From NCBI GenBank assembly GCA_013265495.1, contig MU057947.1:692048-756047 (forward strand): 64,000 bases of DNA, given 5' to 3'. Position numbers and translations under genes: made by a program. Below the pieces are notes generated by a model, which made no database searches, was not told where the DNA came from, and saw nothing but the letters and a program-made list of their open reading frames with translations. This DNA comes from Vicugna vicugna (taxonomy: Eukaryota). Each line of letters starts with the position of its first letter. The stretch's first letter is position 1. Below, piece after piece: positions 12,001 to 22,690 of this stretch.

Positions 12001-15000
12001 CTTATTCCTCAGCGGCTGGGCCGTCGCCCCGGCACACACGCCAGTGCGCACACACACCTGGGTCTGTCTTCAGTCTTCCCGTTACACATCGTTCCTGTTT
12101 GGTTCCCAAAACAAGCAGCATGTGTGTTTCCAGACTGTTTGTTGACTTAAATTAGGAAAAACCCAGCTGGAGAAAGTATCAGTGTCCAGCCGTTGAGCAA
12201 CATGTGATACTGTGCAAAAAGTATTGCTTTTGCCTGTTTTCATTGCCATGACAACAAGGCGAAGTGGATGCACATGTGAGACTTTTGGCAGGAGACGTGG
12301 GAGCAGGTATGCGGCCGAGCAGGCAGGTTTGGCCCCCGGGCCCGCAGGGAAGCTGTACTGTGGGGAGGGGTCACCCCCAGCCGCCCCAAGGCTTCTGAGG
12401 GGCCTGTGGAGGGGAGGGGTCTGGCCCTAGGACAGAGGAGCAGAAACGAGACTCAGATTCAGCTGAACTGAGTCCAGGTTCTCCCAGCCCCCGTGAGCAG
12501 AGTACGAGCATGCGGCCCGTCCTCCCTGAGGCCAGTTCCCTGGTGGGGCTGCCAGCACCACAGACGCTCCAGGGGCCTGCCCCACTGAGTCCATGACTGG
12601 AACAGGGACAAGGAGGAAAGGCCAGCCCTGACCATGTCTGGGGACTTCATCCAGGGCCGGGAGGGGTGAGGAAACCTGGCAAGGGCACCTGGGGGTGTTG
12701 ACCATCCTCACTGCCCGCCGCCTCCGCCAGGCTAGGGGTCCCCCGGGGCAGGGGGCTGCGGCCCTGAGCCCAACTTCTTACTTTTGATTCAGTCTTTATG
12801 GGAAGTAAAACTTCCCCTTATAGAGCCAAGTCCTGTGGACGCGTGGAGACCCTGCCGGACAGCAGACACTAGGTGCGCATCCGGTCCTGTTCCTAAGCAG
12901 GTGCCTCAGTGCCGGGGGGCAGGGGGCCCGGGGCTCTCTGGGCTCCAGTCCGGCCGCAGCGAGCTCCCCGGGACTGGCCTTTCCTCCGTGGAACGGGTGC
13001 TGTGAGCGCCCTCAGGTGCTTCCTGCGTTGATCTGGCTGCCTTTTCTGACTCCTGAGAAGGGGGGTGAGAAACACTCCACTCACTGGAGAGTGAGCAGCA
13101 CCCCGTGTAAATGGGCAGAGCCCTCACCTTCGCTGTTGCCGCAGGGTTGGCCGGAAACCCGAACCCCGGGGGAGAGGTCCTTTCTGGACGTGTTATGGGT
13201 CCCCCTCAGCCGCCCCCCACCAGAAGTCTCCGTGTCCTCCTTGCTCACACCTGCCTAAGGGCTGACACTGGCCGCCAGCGAGTGTTGTGGGTAGGAGAGA
13301 GGCCTGGCCCTCCTCCTCGGTGTCCCCACCGCTCCCAGCGCCCCTGGGATCCTTCCTTCCTCTTGCTCACTCGGGTGCCTCCAGGCCCCCGGCCCGCGCA
13401 TCACTGTGCTCAGCAGAACGTCTGCGAGATGCGGCTGGTGCCAGCCTGCCCGCAGCCCCCAGCCCCCAGCCCCCAGCCCACCCCAGGCACCGGTGGGCCT
13501 CAGGCCCAGGAGCAGGTGGCGGGTGGGGCAACTGTGGCCCCTCTGCCTGGCCACTGGCAAGACTTCGGGGCTTGGCTCTGCGCTCCAGCACAGCAGAGGA
13601 TATGATGACGGAACTCAGGAGTCGCCACAGCTTGGTGGACTTCCCCTGCCAGGTTCCGGGCAAATGTCAGCTAAAGCTGCTGTGAGGGGCTGCTCCAGCT
13701 GTGTGTCCCTGAGCAGCCTGGGTGTGGGGTGCTGGCGTGAAGCGTTCGGCCACTCGTCCCACCGCCTCTGCAGACCCAGAAGGTCCTGGCCTGCCACGCG
13801 GTCGGGGCTCCCGGGGGCCTCCTGGAGCCGGCCCCAGCTCAGGGCCTCCTCACAGGGTGTGTGTGGACACCGCCCAACAGGCAAGGGGGCCGGTGCGGCA
13901 GGTGTTTGAAGGCCCAGAGGCCAACAGCATCAGAAGAAATCGTGAGGGAAAGTCAAGACACTGGGGCCGAGGGGCTCGTGTGACGCACATGGAGGCGCTT
14001 CGTCCTCCCCCTCTGTGCGGCTCGTGCACACGGAGCTTCCGACGTGGAAGACGGCAGAGGCGGGGCTGTGCGGGCCTCGTCTGCTGCTCTCCTCGCAAGC
14101 AGAGGGGCCGTCCGAGCAGATGCTGAGGGCTTCCCAGGAGGGAGCACACCCTGGCGCCGGGGTCCCCAGGACCAAGAAGGCTGGCAGCAGCTTGAACATT
14201 AGGGAACATTCAGTTTTAAAAGTTGTAGTTTTGTTGGAATAAACTGTACATAACCAATGACAAAAACAACACAAAGTGATTTTAAATCTGCAGTGTCCCT
14301 GGAAAAGGCCAAGTGTTGCATGGCCGACAGTCACCCAGTTCCTTTGTGTCCTCTTTCCCCAAGCGGGGAAGAAAGTTAGAGCACCCCACACACACCTGCC
14401 TCCAGGACAGGGTTCCAGGACGTTCTCCACGTTCCGTGGGGCCTGGCTGGGCAGGTGGACATGCACATCTGCCTTCCTGCAACCCACGGAGGGGGACAGC
14501 CACCTGACACCCCCAGGAGCCCTGCAGCGTGTGTGTCATGGCTGATTTCTAGGGCCGGCGTGTCCTCCAACTGGAGGCTCTGGGTGACACACATCTGGGC
14601 CTCCGCACGACTCCCCGAAGCCTGAAGAAAGCACGTTATCCAGCAGCACGGGCGTCGGGGCTGAGCACGCTGTGAGCGGGGAGGCCGGCAGCCCTGCATG
14701 CCTGCCCGAGGGGCCCCCGCTCCGTCTCCAGGCCAGAAGGCCGCGTGCCAAGCTGAGAGCACACATGTATTTAAAAGCTGCCTTTTCTTTGAGATGCAGA
14801 ATGACACGTCTAAATATTACAACACTAAGAGGTATGTAGCTGTCGGTACTTTTCCACGCAAACATCTGACTTCTGTGCCAGGAAGCAGTGTGACAGGTAC
14901 TCTGTAGTTTCAAGCAAATTGGTCTCAGATGTAAATGAACAGATTTTCACGAGGAGGGAGGGAAGCTTGTGTGAGGCCTGAGCCTGTCGGGGTGCTGCAG

Positions 15001-15024
15001 GGCCCTTATCACTGATGGCCACCG

Positions 15025-15225
15025 CCTCTTCTCCTTTCCTCCCACCTTCCCCTCACCCTCCCCCCACCATCCCCTACCCTCCCCCTTATCCTCCCCCTCC
15101 CCCTCATCCTCCCCACCCTCACCATCCCCCACTCTCCCCCTCATCCTNNNNNNNNNNNNNNNNNNNNNNNNNNNNNNNNNNNNNTCTTATCCTGCCCCCT
15201 CCCCCTCCCCCTTATCATCCCCCCA
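15025..15225. repeat. C-rich low-complexity tract (G-quadruplex/triplex-prone on the - strand) containing an assembly gap of 37 N at 15148-15184
   Basis: Repeated CCCCT/CCCCCA/CCTCATCCT units on both sides of the N run. Confidence 0.9.
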
Positions 15226-15510
15226 AGGGATTCCTGGAGCCTCCACTCCCAACACAGGGCATCTGTCTGACTCTCAGCCCGTGTCCACAGTGCTGGTTCT
15301 GAGCTCTCAGGCTGCTGTGGCCTCTGGGTCTCCATGCTGGGAAGACAGCACCCTTCTGGCCTTCGCTCTTCAGAAGCCCCTCCAGCCCTCTGTCCTTCCC
15401 ACTGCGGGGAAGGTGCTACGGGGCGAGGACCTGGGGCTGGAGCCAGCTTGTTCACTTCAGGGGCCGCGCTGTGCTGCACGAGCTGTGTGCCATCTCCCCA
15501 GCTTGGTTTC

Positions 15511-15930
15511 TGCAGCGGACTGAATGGCAGCCCCAAAGAGACGTTCACGTCTAAACCCTGAACACGGTGCATTTGGCCTTACTTGGGAAAAGAACCATTA
15601 CATGTGTGACTGAGTGAAGAGTCTCAAGAAGAGGTCATCCTGGACGATCTGTGGCCTTGAGTCCAGCGGCCGCATCCTAAGGGCAGGAGAGGAGGAGACA
15701 CACGGAAGAGGAGGCCTTGTGAAGATGGAGACCGAGGTTGGGGTGAGGAGTGCCTGGAGCCCCCAGGAGCTGGGAGAGTTGAGAAATAATCCCCCGGTGC
15801 CTCCGGGGAGGCGTGGCCCTGCCCGCACCTGGGTCTGACTTCTGGCCTCCAAAGCTCTGGAGGAATGAGTTACTGCTGCTTTAAGCCCCGGTCCGCAGTG
15901 CTTTGGCTCCAGCCCCAGGGCACTGACGTA
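15511..15930 (+). mobile_element. MaLR solo LTR (MLT1B/C-like)
   Basis: Hallmark segments ggactgaatggcagccccaaag, gaggtcatcctgga, ccttgtgaagatggagaccgaggttggggtga, gacttctggcctcca and ctgctgctttaagccc follow the MLT1 LTR consensus order. Confidence 0.75.
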
Positions 15931-16419
15931 GCTCCCCCATCAGCGAGGGGGGCACACGGCTCATCCTTACGTTGCCAGGCAGCAGGAGGTCATCCCGGGA
16001 GGCCCAGCCCGCTTCCCCGCCTGTGCTGAGCGCTCAGGGGGCGGTGGTCGCCTCTCATCCAGCGTTAGAGCCGGACGGACAGAGCTGGGCTTGGACCCCT
16101 GTGGGGCTGCGGGACCCTGGGAGCGCGACACCCCTCTGCCTTGCCCAAGGGCAGGGTGGCCCCATGCTTAGTCTTTGTGAGCCTTTCACGAACCAAAGTC
16201 TCTCTCGCCTTTCCCTGGCCCCTTGGCCGTCATTTGGGCTCCTTTTTGCAGCTTTGTCTGTGGCAGTGACAGGTGGGGATCTACAACCGTGTCCGTGGAC
16301 ACAGGTTGGCTGAGTGAATCACGGCACTTCTGTGCGCTGTCAGCCGGCCCTGCGGTTGGACGTGGGTCTGCAGTTACGGACGCGGGAAAGAGGGCCTTGA
16401 CTCAGTGCGTGAGAAAACA

Positions 16420-16860
16420 TCAGGGATCATCAGTGTTGTTTCCGAAAACAAGTGTTTAATTGTGTGTGCAAGTGTGCGAGTGTGAACTTGTGGGAGAGAA
16501 GCCATCAGAATATTTATGCGGAGATGTTGTCTTGGTGGAAGGAGTTGGGAGAATTGCTGTGTGTGTGTGTGTCTATTGTACTGCCTTCCAGCGTCGTTAC
16601 CTTTTATAAAAGGTGTGTATTTATTATATGATCAGAAAAAAGGCTCCGTGATTGTGTCTTAAAGAGACATATTTACATACAAACACATGTACACAGACAC
16701 ACAAACGTCTGCATTTTTGTAAGACCGTCTGTGGAGCGCGGTGTGACGCTGATCATCTCCGTGTGAGGAAGTGGTGAGTAACTGTGCTTCCTTTTTGAGC
16801 TAATCCGGACATCCCAGTCTCTGCAGTGGACCTGCGCTGGGTTGGTACTTAGGAGAACAC
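16420..16860 (+). mobile_element. Old L1 (L1ME-like) 3' fragments
   Basis: AT-richer segment with motifs resembling L1M 3'UTR (ttgtcttggtggaagg..., tgtgtatttattatatgatcagaaaaaa); heavily degraded. Confidence 0.4.
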
Positions 16861-17039
16861 GGCTACCTACTCGAAGAAGCAGGGTTCCTGGTGGATGGAG
16901 TAAGAAGACAGCGCTGGCAAACGCAGTCTGATCTCGCGAGTGGTGTCACCACCCCCCCCGGCCACCGTTTATCAGACGACCCGTCTCCACATGCAGGGCG
17001 CTGAGGCCTGGGAGCAGTGTGGGCAGTCTCTGAGTGGCC

Positions 17040-17400
17040 AGGCTGTGTGACACTCATAGGCGTACAAGATGAGCTCAGGGTGTGGTGTCTCAGCACAGAG
17101 TCACAGAGGGAGGGCACAGATGAGCTAGAAAATCAAGAGGGGCTTCCTGGAGGAGCCAGGGCTGGAGCTGCACTGTTAGGACAGGACAGAACAGAGGGCA
17201 TTTCAAGAAGGGGCAACTGGGTGCCTTGGAAACAGCAGAGGAGGGCACAGGTGGCTTTGGCCCTGAGAGGAGGAGCCAGGGGCCCGGACGGAAGTGGCAG
17301 CAGTCGGCAGGGGGAGGGCAGACACCCCTGCCACAGCCCAGGACACGAGGGGTCTGTTCTCGGTGGGTTTCACATGGTGACCAGTGCACACCAGTCATCG
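17040..17400 (-). mobile_element. L2 fragment
   Basis: atcaagaggggcttcctggaggagccagggctggagctg...gagggcatttcaagaaggggcaac matches the typical antisense L2 segment. Confidence 0.55.
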
Positions 17401-19704
17401 GCCCTGTGCCAGCAGGGACACGCGGGCTCCAGCACTGCTGGCCACATCTGGCGGCACGGCCCGCACCCTTGGGGGCTGTCCCCCACCTCACTGCCCGGGG
17501 ACGGCGGCCCCTGCTGCACTCAGTGTGCACCGGCGGTGCAGGAAGCTGTCAGGAGAGGAAGAGCAGGAGGAGGGCAGGCCAGGAGAGGACTCTGCTGCCA
17601 GTCCTTGTCCCCGGGACCCCCGAGAACAGAGGGCGGTGGGCCCCCTGCCTGGCAGAGCGGCCTGAGCCAGGCGAAGCCGGCCTCCTCGTCTCCGTGTCCC
17701 TGTGTTTTACATAATTAGGTATGTCCTTAATGTCACTGTGTCTTGTTAGAGAAGCTGCTAATCCTTAGAGCTAACAGGACTAACTAATTAGTGTAAAACA
17801 CTTGGAAAATATAAGGAATTCAGACATGGAGTGTAATTGGCCAGTCCTCCTGGTATTGGCACTTTCCCGCATCCCTGCCGGAGCCGCGGACCCGGCTTCA
17901 TCAAGGAGGAGTGGGCGTTAGAGGTGGTGGCATAAGGGGACAGGCTGTCCTTACCCCGGGACCAACGCAGCACGTCCTGTGCTGGATGAAGGGACGTGAC
18001 AGGGATGAGCCAACTGGCCGGGCAGACCCCTCGCTGCCCCGGGACCTCAGGGAACCACGGGGGGTGGGTGAGGCTCCAGATCAGGAACGGATTAGCACCC
18101 GCAGCCCGATGGTGGGGCGGAAGGGCCGGGCCCAGGTGTGGCCGCCCCCAGGAGGCTTTCGGGGATTGGCCAGGATGCAGCAAACCTGTGTGATTTCTCT
18201 TCTCTGGGAAGGAGCCTTTGACGTTGCCTTGGACCCTCTCCAGGGGGTGGAGACGGAGCTGCAAGTCACCTGACACACGCAGGTTGTGCTTTCCCTCCTT
18301 GAAAGATAAACGTGCGCCTTCTTAGCGGGCAAGTTACTGAGAAAAGACGCCCACGCCCCAGACCTGGCCAGCACGTGGCCGCGGGCGTGGCTTTTCCACT
18401 GGCAGTGTTGGAAGTGAGCCCCCGGGTGTTCCCTGCAGTGCGCTCCTTCTGTGGGCGTGTGCAGCTGTCAGCATATCATTCATCTCTCTTTAAACCACGG
18501 TGACAATATTTACATCTAAGACCAAGATGGCCATTATCTGAAGACTCCCCTGGAAGCTCTCCTCACAACTGGAAAAACACAGCAGCCAGTTAGCAGAGCC
18601 GCATCCTGGGCCAAACATAACGGCCAGGCCGCCCGGGAGACCCAGACCGACAGGCACGCGGTGGGAGGGGCCGGCTGCTGCGAGCAGAGGAGATGAAGGC
18701 CCAGCCACGCGTCTGGTGACGGAGCGCTCAGACCCGGCCTTGTGGGGATCTGCTCCAGACAGACTAGCTCCAAGAAGGCGTCTCTGGAAAGAAGTGTTTT
18801 TAATTTATAAGAAGGGAATTAGTGCCCAAGCAGGAAAAGAAGCAGGGCCCGGCCAAGGTGGGCAGCCAGCTCTCCGCGCATCCCGGGAGAGTCCCGGCAG
18901 CGTCCCGGCAGGCCGGCCCTTCAGAGCGAGGCCCCGGGCGCCCTGCCGCTCCCGGTCGGGGTGGGGGCCTCCCAGCCCCTGCTGGCCGCACAGTGATGTC
19001 AGTGCCACATGCAGGCTAGTCCAGCAGCCGTGTCCCCAAGTGGTGGTCTCCACACCTGTGTTGTAGAAGCATCTTCTCAAGGCAACTTCAAAACTTATTT
19101 TAGTAGATAGATGTGTAATATTCCTGACAAAAGCTGGCGTCTGGGGCCCTCACAGCACCCTCTGATACACTGCGCCCCCCACAGGGAAGGTCAGTGTTTA
19201 TGTTTTAGGTCAGGAAGCCCAGACTGGAGCCCAGGGCCTTCCCCTCACTGTCTGTGGGACCTCCCTGGGGATTGATGCCCCATCATTCTAGAGTCAAGTC
19301 TGGAGCAGCCCACGTGTGTCCGTGCAGACTTGGCGAATGTTCCAGGAATTTACAGGAAAGGGTCTGTGAAACAGTGAGCAGGGCAGCGTCTGCATGCTGT
19401 GACTCCCACAGTCCTTGGGTCACCCTGCAGAGTTGAACACACTCAGCTTCTGACCGCTGTTTCTGCCCCCTCTGCGAGCACACTCCCCAGGGAGTCTTGG
19501 GACCTTTGGCCGTGTGCACAGAAGCCAGGTGGAAGAGCATCCATGGCCCCGCTGTGTGGGAGAGAAGGGCGGGATGAGTCTGGACATCCATAGAGGTAGA
19601 CTATGAGCGTGTCCATGGTGGTGTGTTCACAGGATGAAATATTACGCAGCAATGAAAGTGGACACAGCCGCCGACTGTAACAGGCATGAGTCTTAGAAGT
19701 ACAA

Positions 19705-21050
19705 CACCGAACACCTATCCTTCTGGAACCATTCCAAGAAGTTGCAGCAGAAGGAACACTTCCAAAGTCATTCTGTGAGGTCAGCATCACCCCAGTACCG
19801 AACCCAGACAAAGATGCCACAAAAAAAGACAATTACAGGCCAATATCACTGATCAACATAGATGCAAAAATCCTCAGCCAAATACTAGCAAACCAAGTGC
19901 AACAGTGCCTTAAAAGGATCACACACCGTGATGAGGTGGAACGGATCCCAGGAATGCAGGGACTTTCCAATATTCAAAATCAATCGATGTCATACACCAC
20001 GCTGACAAACTGAAGAATAAAAACCCTGTGATCATCTCAATGGATGCAGAAAAAGCTTTTATTGATAAAATTCAACATCCATCTATGATTTAAAAAAAAA
20101 CCTCTCCAGAAACTGGGCATAAAGGGAACACACCTCAACACAGTAAGGGCCATATTGTACGTGACAAACCTGCAGCTAACATCGTAACGCAGTGGTGGAA
20201 ATCAGAAAGCAGGTCCTCTAAGAGCAGGAACAGGACAGGATGCCCGCTCTCGCCACTTTTATTTGCCGCAGTTTTGGAAGCCCCAGCCACAGCAATCAGA
20301 GAAGAAAAAGAAAGGGACTCCACCCTGGAAAGGAGGAAGTAACCTGTCATCTGATGTTTACAGACGACACAAGACTTCGCGTAGAACGTCAAAGAGACAC
20401 TAGTGGAGAACTGCTGGAGCCCATGAATGAATTCGGTGAAGTCACAGGATACAAAATTAACATGCAGTGAATACACAAGCCTGTTGCATTTCTATACACT
20501 AACAACGAAGTGTCAGAAAGAGAAATTAAGGGAACAGTCCCGCTCACCGTCATATCAAAAGGAACAAACCTACCTAAGGAGGCAGAAGGTCCACACTCCA
20601 GAAACTGCAAGACTCTGACGAAAGAGCCTGAAGACGACACAGACAGATGGAAAGGTGCGCCATGTTCTTGGGCTGGAAGAACCAACATTGCTAAAATGAC
20701 CATACTCTCTCTCCAAGGCAGTCCGCAGATTCGGTAAAGTGAAAGAAGGCAGAGAAAGACAAATAACGTTTGATGTCACTTATCGGTGGAAGCTAAAAAA
20801 ACCAAGATGAATGAATAGAACAAAGAAGCAGCAGACGCACAGATACAGAGAGCAAACCAGCAGTTACCAGTGAGGCAGGCTGGGGAGGGGGGCACAGACC
20901 GCTGGGTGTAGGCGTGTGCAAGACGGGGAATACAGCCAGTATTTTGTAATAACTAAATGAAAAGTAACCTTTAAAATTGTATTAAAACCTTAAAGTGAAA
21001 TTATTAATTTAATTTAAAATTTAAAATTATTAAAAATAAAGTGACTATTA
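19705..21050 (+). mobile_element. LINE-1 fragment: decayed ORF2 reverse-transcriptase region joined by an internal deletion to the 3'UTR
   Basis: Encodes a degenerate LPKSFCEVSITPVPNPDKDATKKDNYRPISLINIDAKILSQILAN and an FADD-like FTDD motif near 20357. At ~20735 it jumps to the L1 3' end (aagtgaaagaaggcagagaaagacaaata) and ends in an A-rich tail. It carries frameshifts and stops. Confidence 0.9.
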
Positions 21051-21769
21051 TTTCACAACATGTGTGCTGCACACATTGTCTTTTATTTTGTATCAGACGT
21101 TCCATAACTTGAAAACCGATCAGCAGGTCCCTGCAGGCGCCCGCTCTGCGCGCCGCGGGCCTGTTCCTGGGGAGCTCCTTGGCACAGTGGGCGATTCCAG
21201 GAGTGGTCCACGTTTACCTCCTTGAGCTAGTTTTGTGGGTGGGAGGGATTCGTCCTGTGCAGCAGGCTGGGCGGCCCCCCTGTGGGCACCCCTGCTGGGA
21301 GGGCCGCCCCTGCTGTGACCCGAGCAGTGGGCAGAAGCGGCGCTGGCGTGGGCCGCCCTCCTTGTCCGCAGCAGCACAGCCAGGTTCCCGGAGAAACTCC
21401 GGCAGGGCCCACCCCGCCAGCACGGCCACCGCTCCGGGAGCTCTCGCCCCCAGCCCACCCCCTCCCCGCACGCCAGGCTGCAGATCCAGCCCAGCCCCAC
21501 CCATGGGCTTCCGCACTGGGATGGCCGACCTGCAGGCCTTGGGTTTGGCCCCAAGAGCTTTCGGACTCACAGCACAGCGAGACACGGGCCGAGACTCGTC
21601 ACCCACGAACACTCCCGGGCCTGGTGCAGCAACTCAGGGCAGAGAGCATCGTCGGCCCAGTCAACCGAAAGACCCAGGCCGGAGGGAGAGTGTTCAGAGG
21701 AGCCCCCTGGAAAGCGGGTGAGGAGGAGGAAGGCTGCTGCGGGGGGCCCACCGGCCACACCAGACGGGC

Positions 21770-22690
21770 AGCCTCCTAGCATTGGAAGACTGGTGCCAGC
21801 GAGGGTTGGTCAGACTTCCGTTTGCTGGACATTCCCTCAAAAATGACTGAAGTGAACCTGTTCCTTCAAGAACAGGGGACAGTGTTTGTTACCAATGATA
21901 CAAATGCGTTTTAGAACAAAAATGAGAATTTTTGGAAACTTGTATCTGCCAGTATGAGCTTTATCGCTTCTAAATACTTAGATTTTCCTGACGAGCTTGG
22001 TGGTGACAGAAACACGCGTTGTTTTTGTTATGTTGAACCGCGTCAGTATTTGGGAGATCTGCGTGGCTCGGGGCGCCAGTCCTGCCCAGTGACCGGCGCC
22101 CGATGTCGCAGACCCAGGCGTGGTCAGAGACCCCCACACTGTGCAAGAGGCGTGGCCTGGGTGCAGCGACAAACATTCACTGCAGGGGGTGAGGTCCTGC
22201 CCTGCGGCTAAGCTTGAAGGATCCCCCATTGCCCGGTCTGGGTGTGGGATCCAAAAAGAAGATCTACAGTTTCTGAAAAGACTGTTAAAATAGCCCTCCC
22301 TTTACAACCCCGAGTCTGTGCGAGGCCAGTTCCTCAACCAAGAGAAAAATCACACAGGCTGAAGGAGACAGAAAACCCAGCTGCCCTCCTTCGTGCAGGC
22401 TTTAGGAGATTTGCATAAACGGTAAACAACACCGCCCTTCTCACTGTTTTTTTTTTTTTTTGCTTTGGAAATACAGATTTTTTAAAATTCAATATGTGTG
22501 AACGTAGACTAGTATAATGGGGGTTTTGCTATTTTTAAACAAACTAATAGATTTAAACTTCTCCATCTTATGTCCCAGTTTGCTGTCGGTAGATGTAGCC
22601 CCCGTGTCTATTGTTGCGGCTGCAACAGTTTTTCTGAGCGTAAAGGTGAGGAGAGCTCAGGTTCTGAAAAGGGCGAGGGGCGGGGATGGG
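21770..22690 (+). mobile_element. hAT DNA transposon fragment (Charlie1-like)
   Basis: aaaatgactgaagtgaacctgttccttcaag...tttggaaacttgtatctgccag...tctgtgcgaggccag...gagatttgcataaac...tgctttggaaatacag is colinear with the recalled Charlie1 transposase 3' part and end. Confidence 0.75.

Noticed and set aside
15015..15302. Proline-rich ORF
   Set aside because: Translation of a C-rich low-complexity tract that spans an N gap.
20240..20737. Possible intact reverse transcriptase gene
   Set aside because: A fragmented L1 ORF2 with frameshifts, stops and a degenerate catalytic motif; not a functional or novel RT system.
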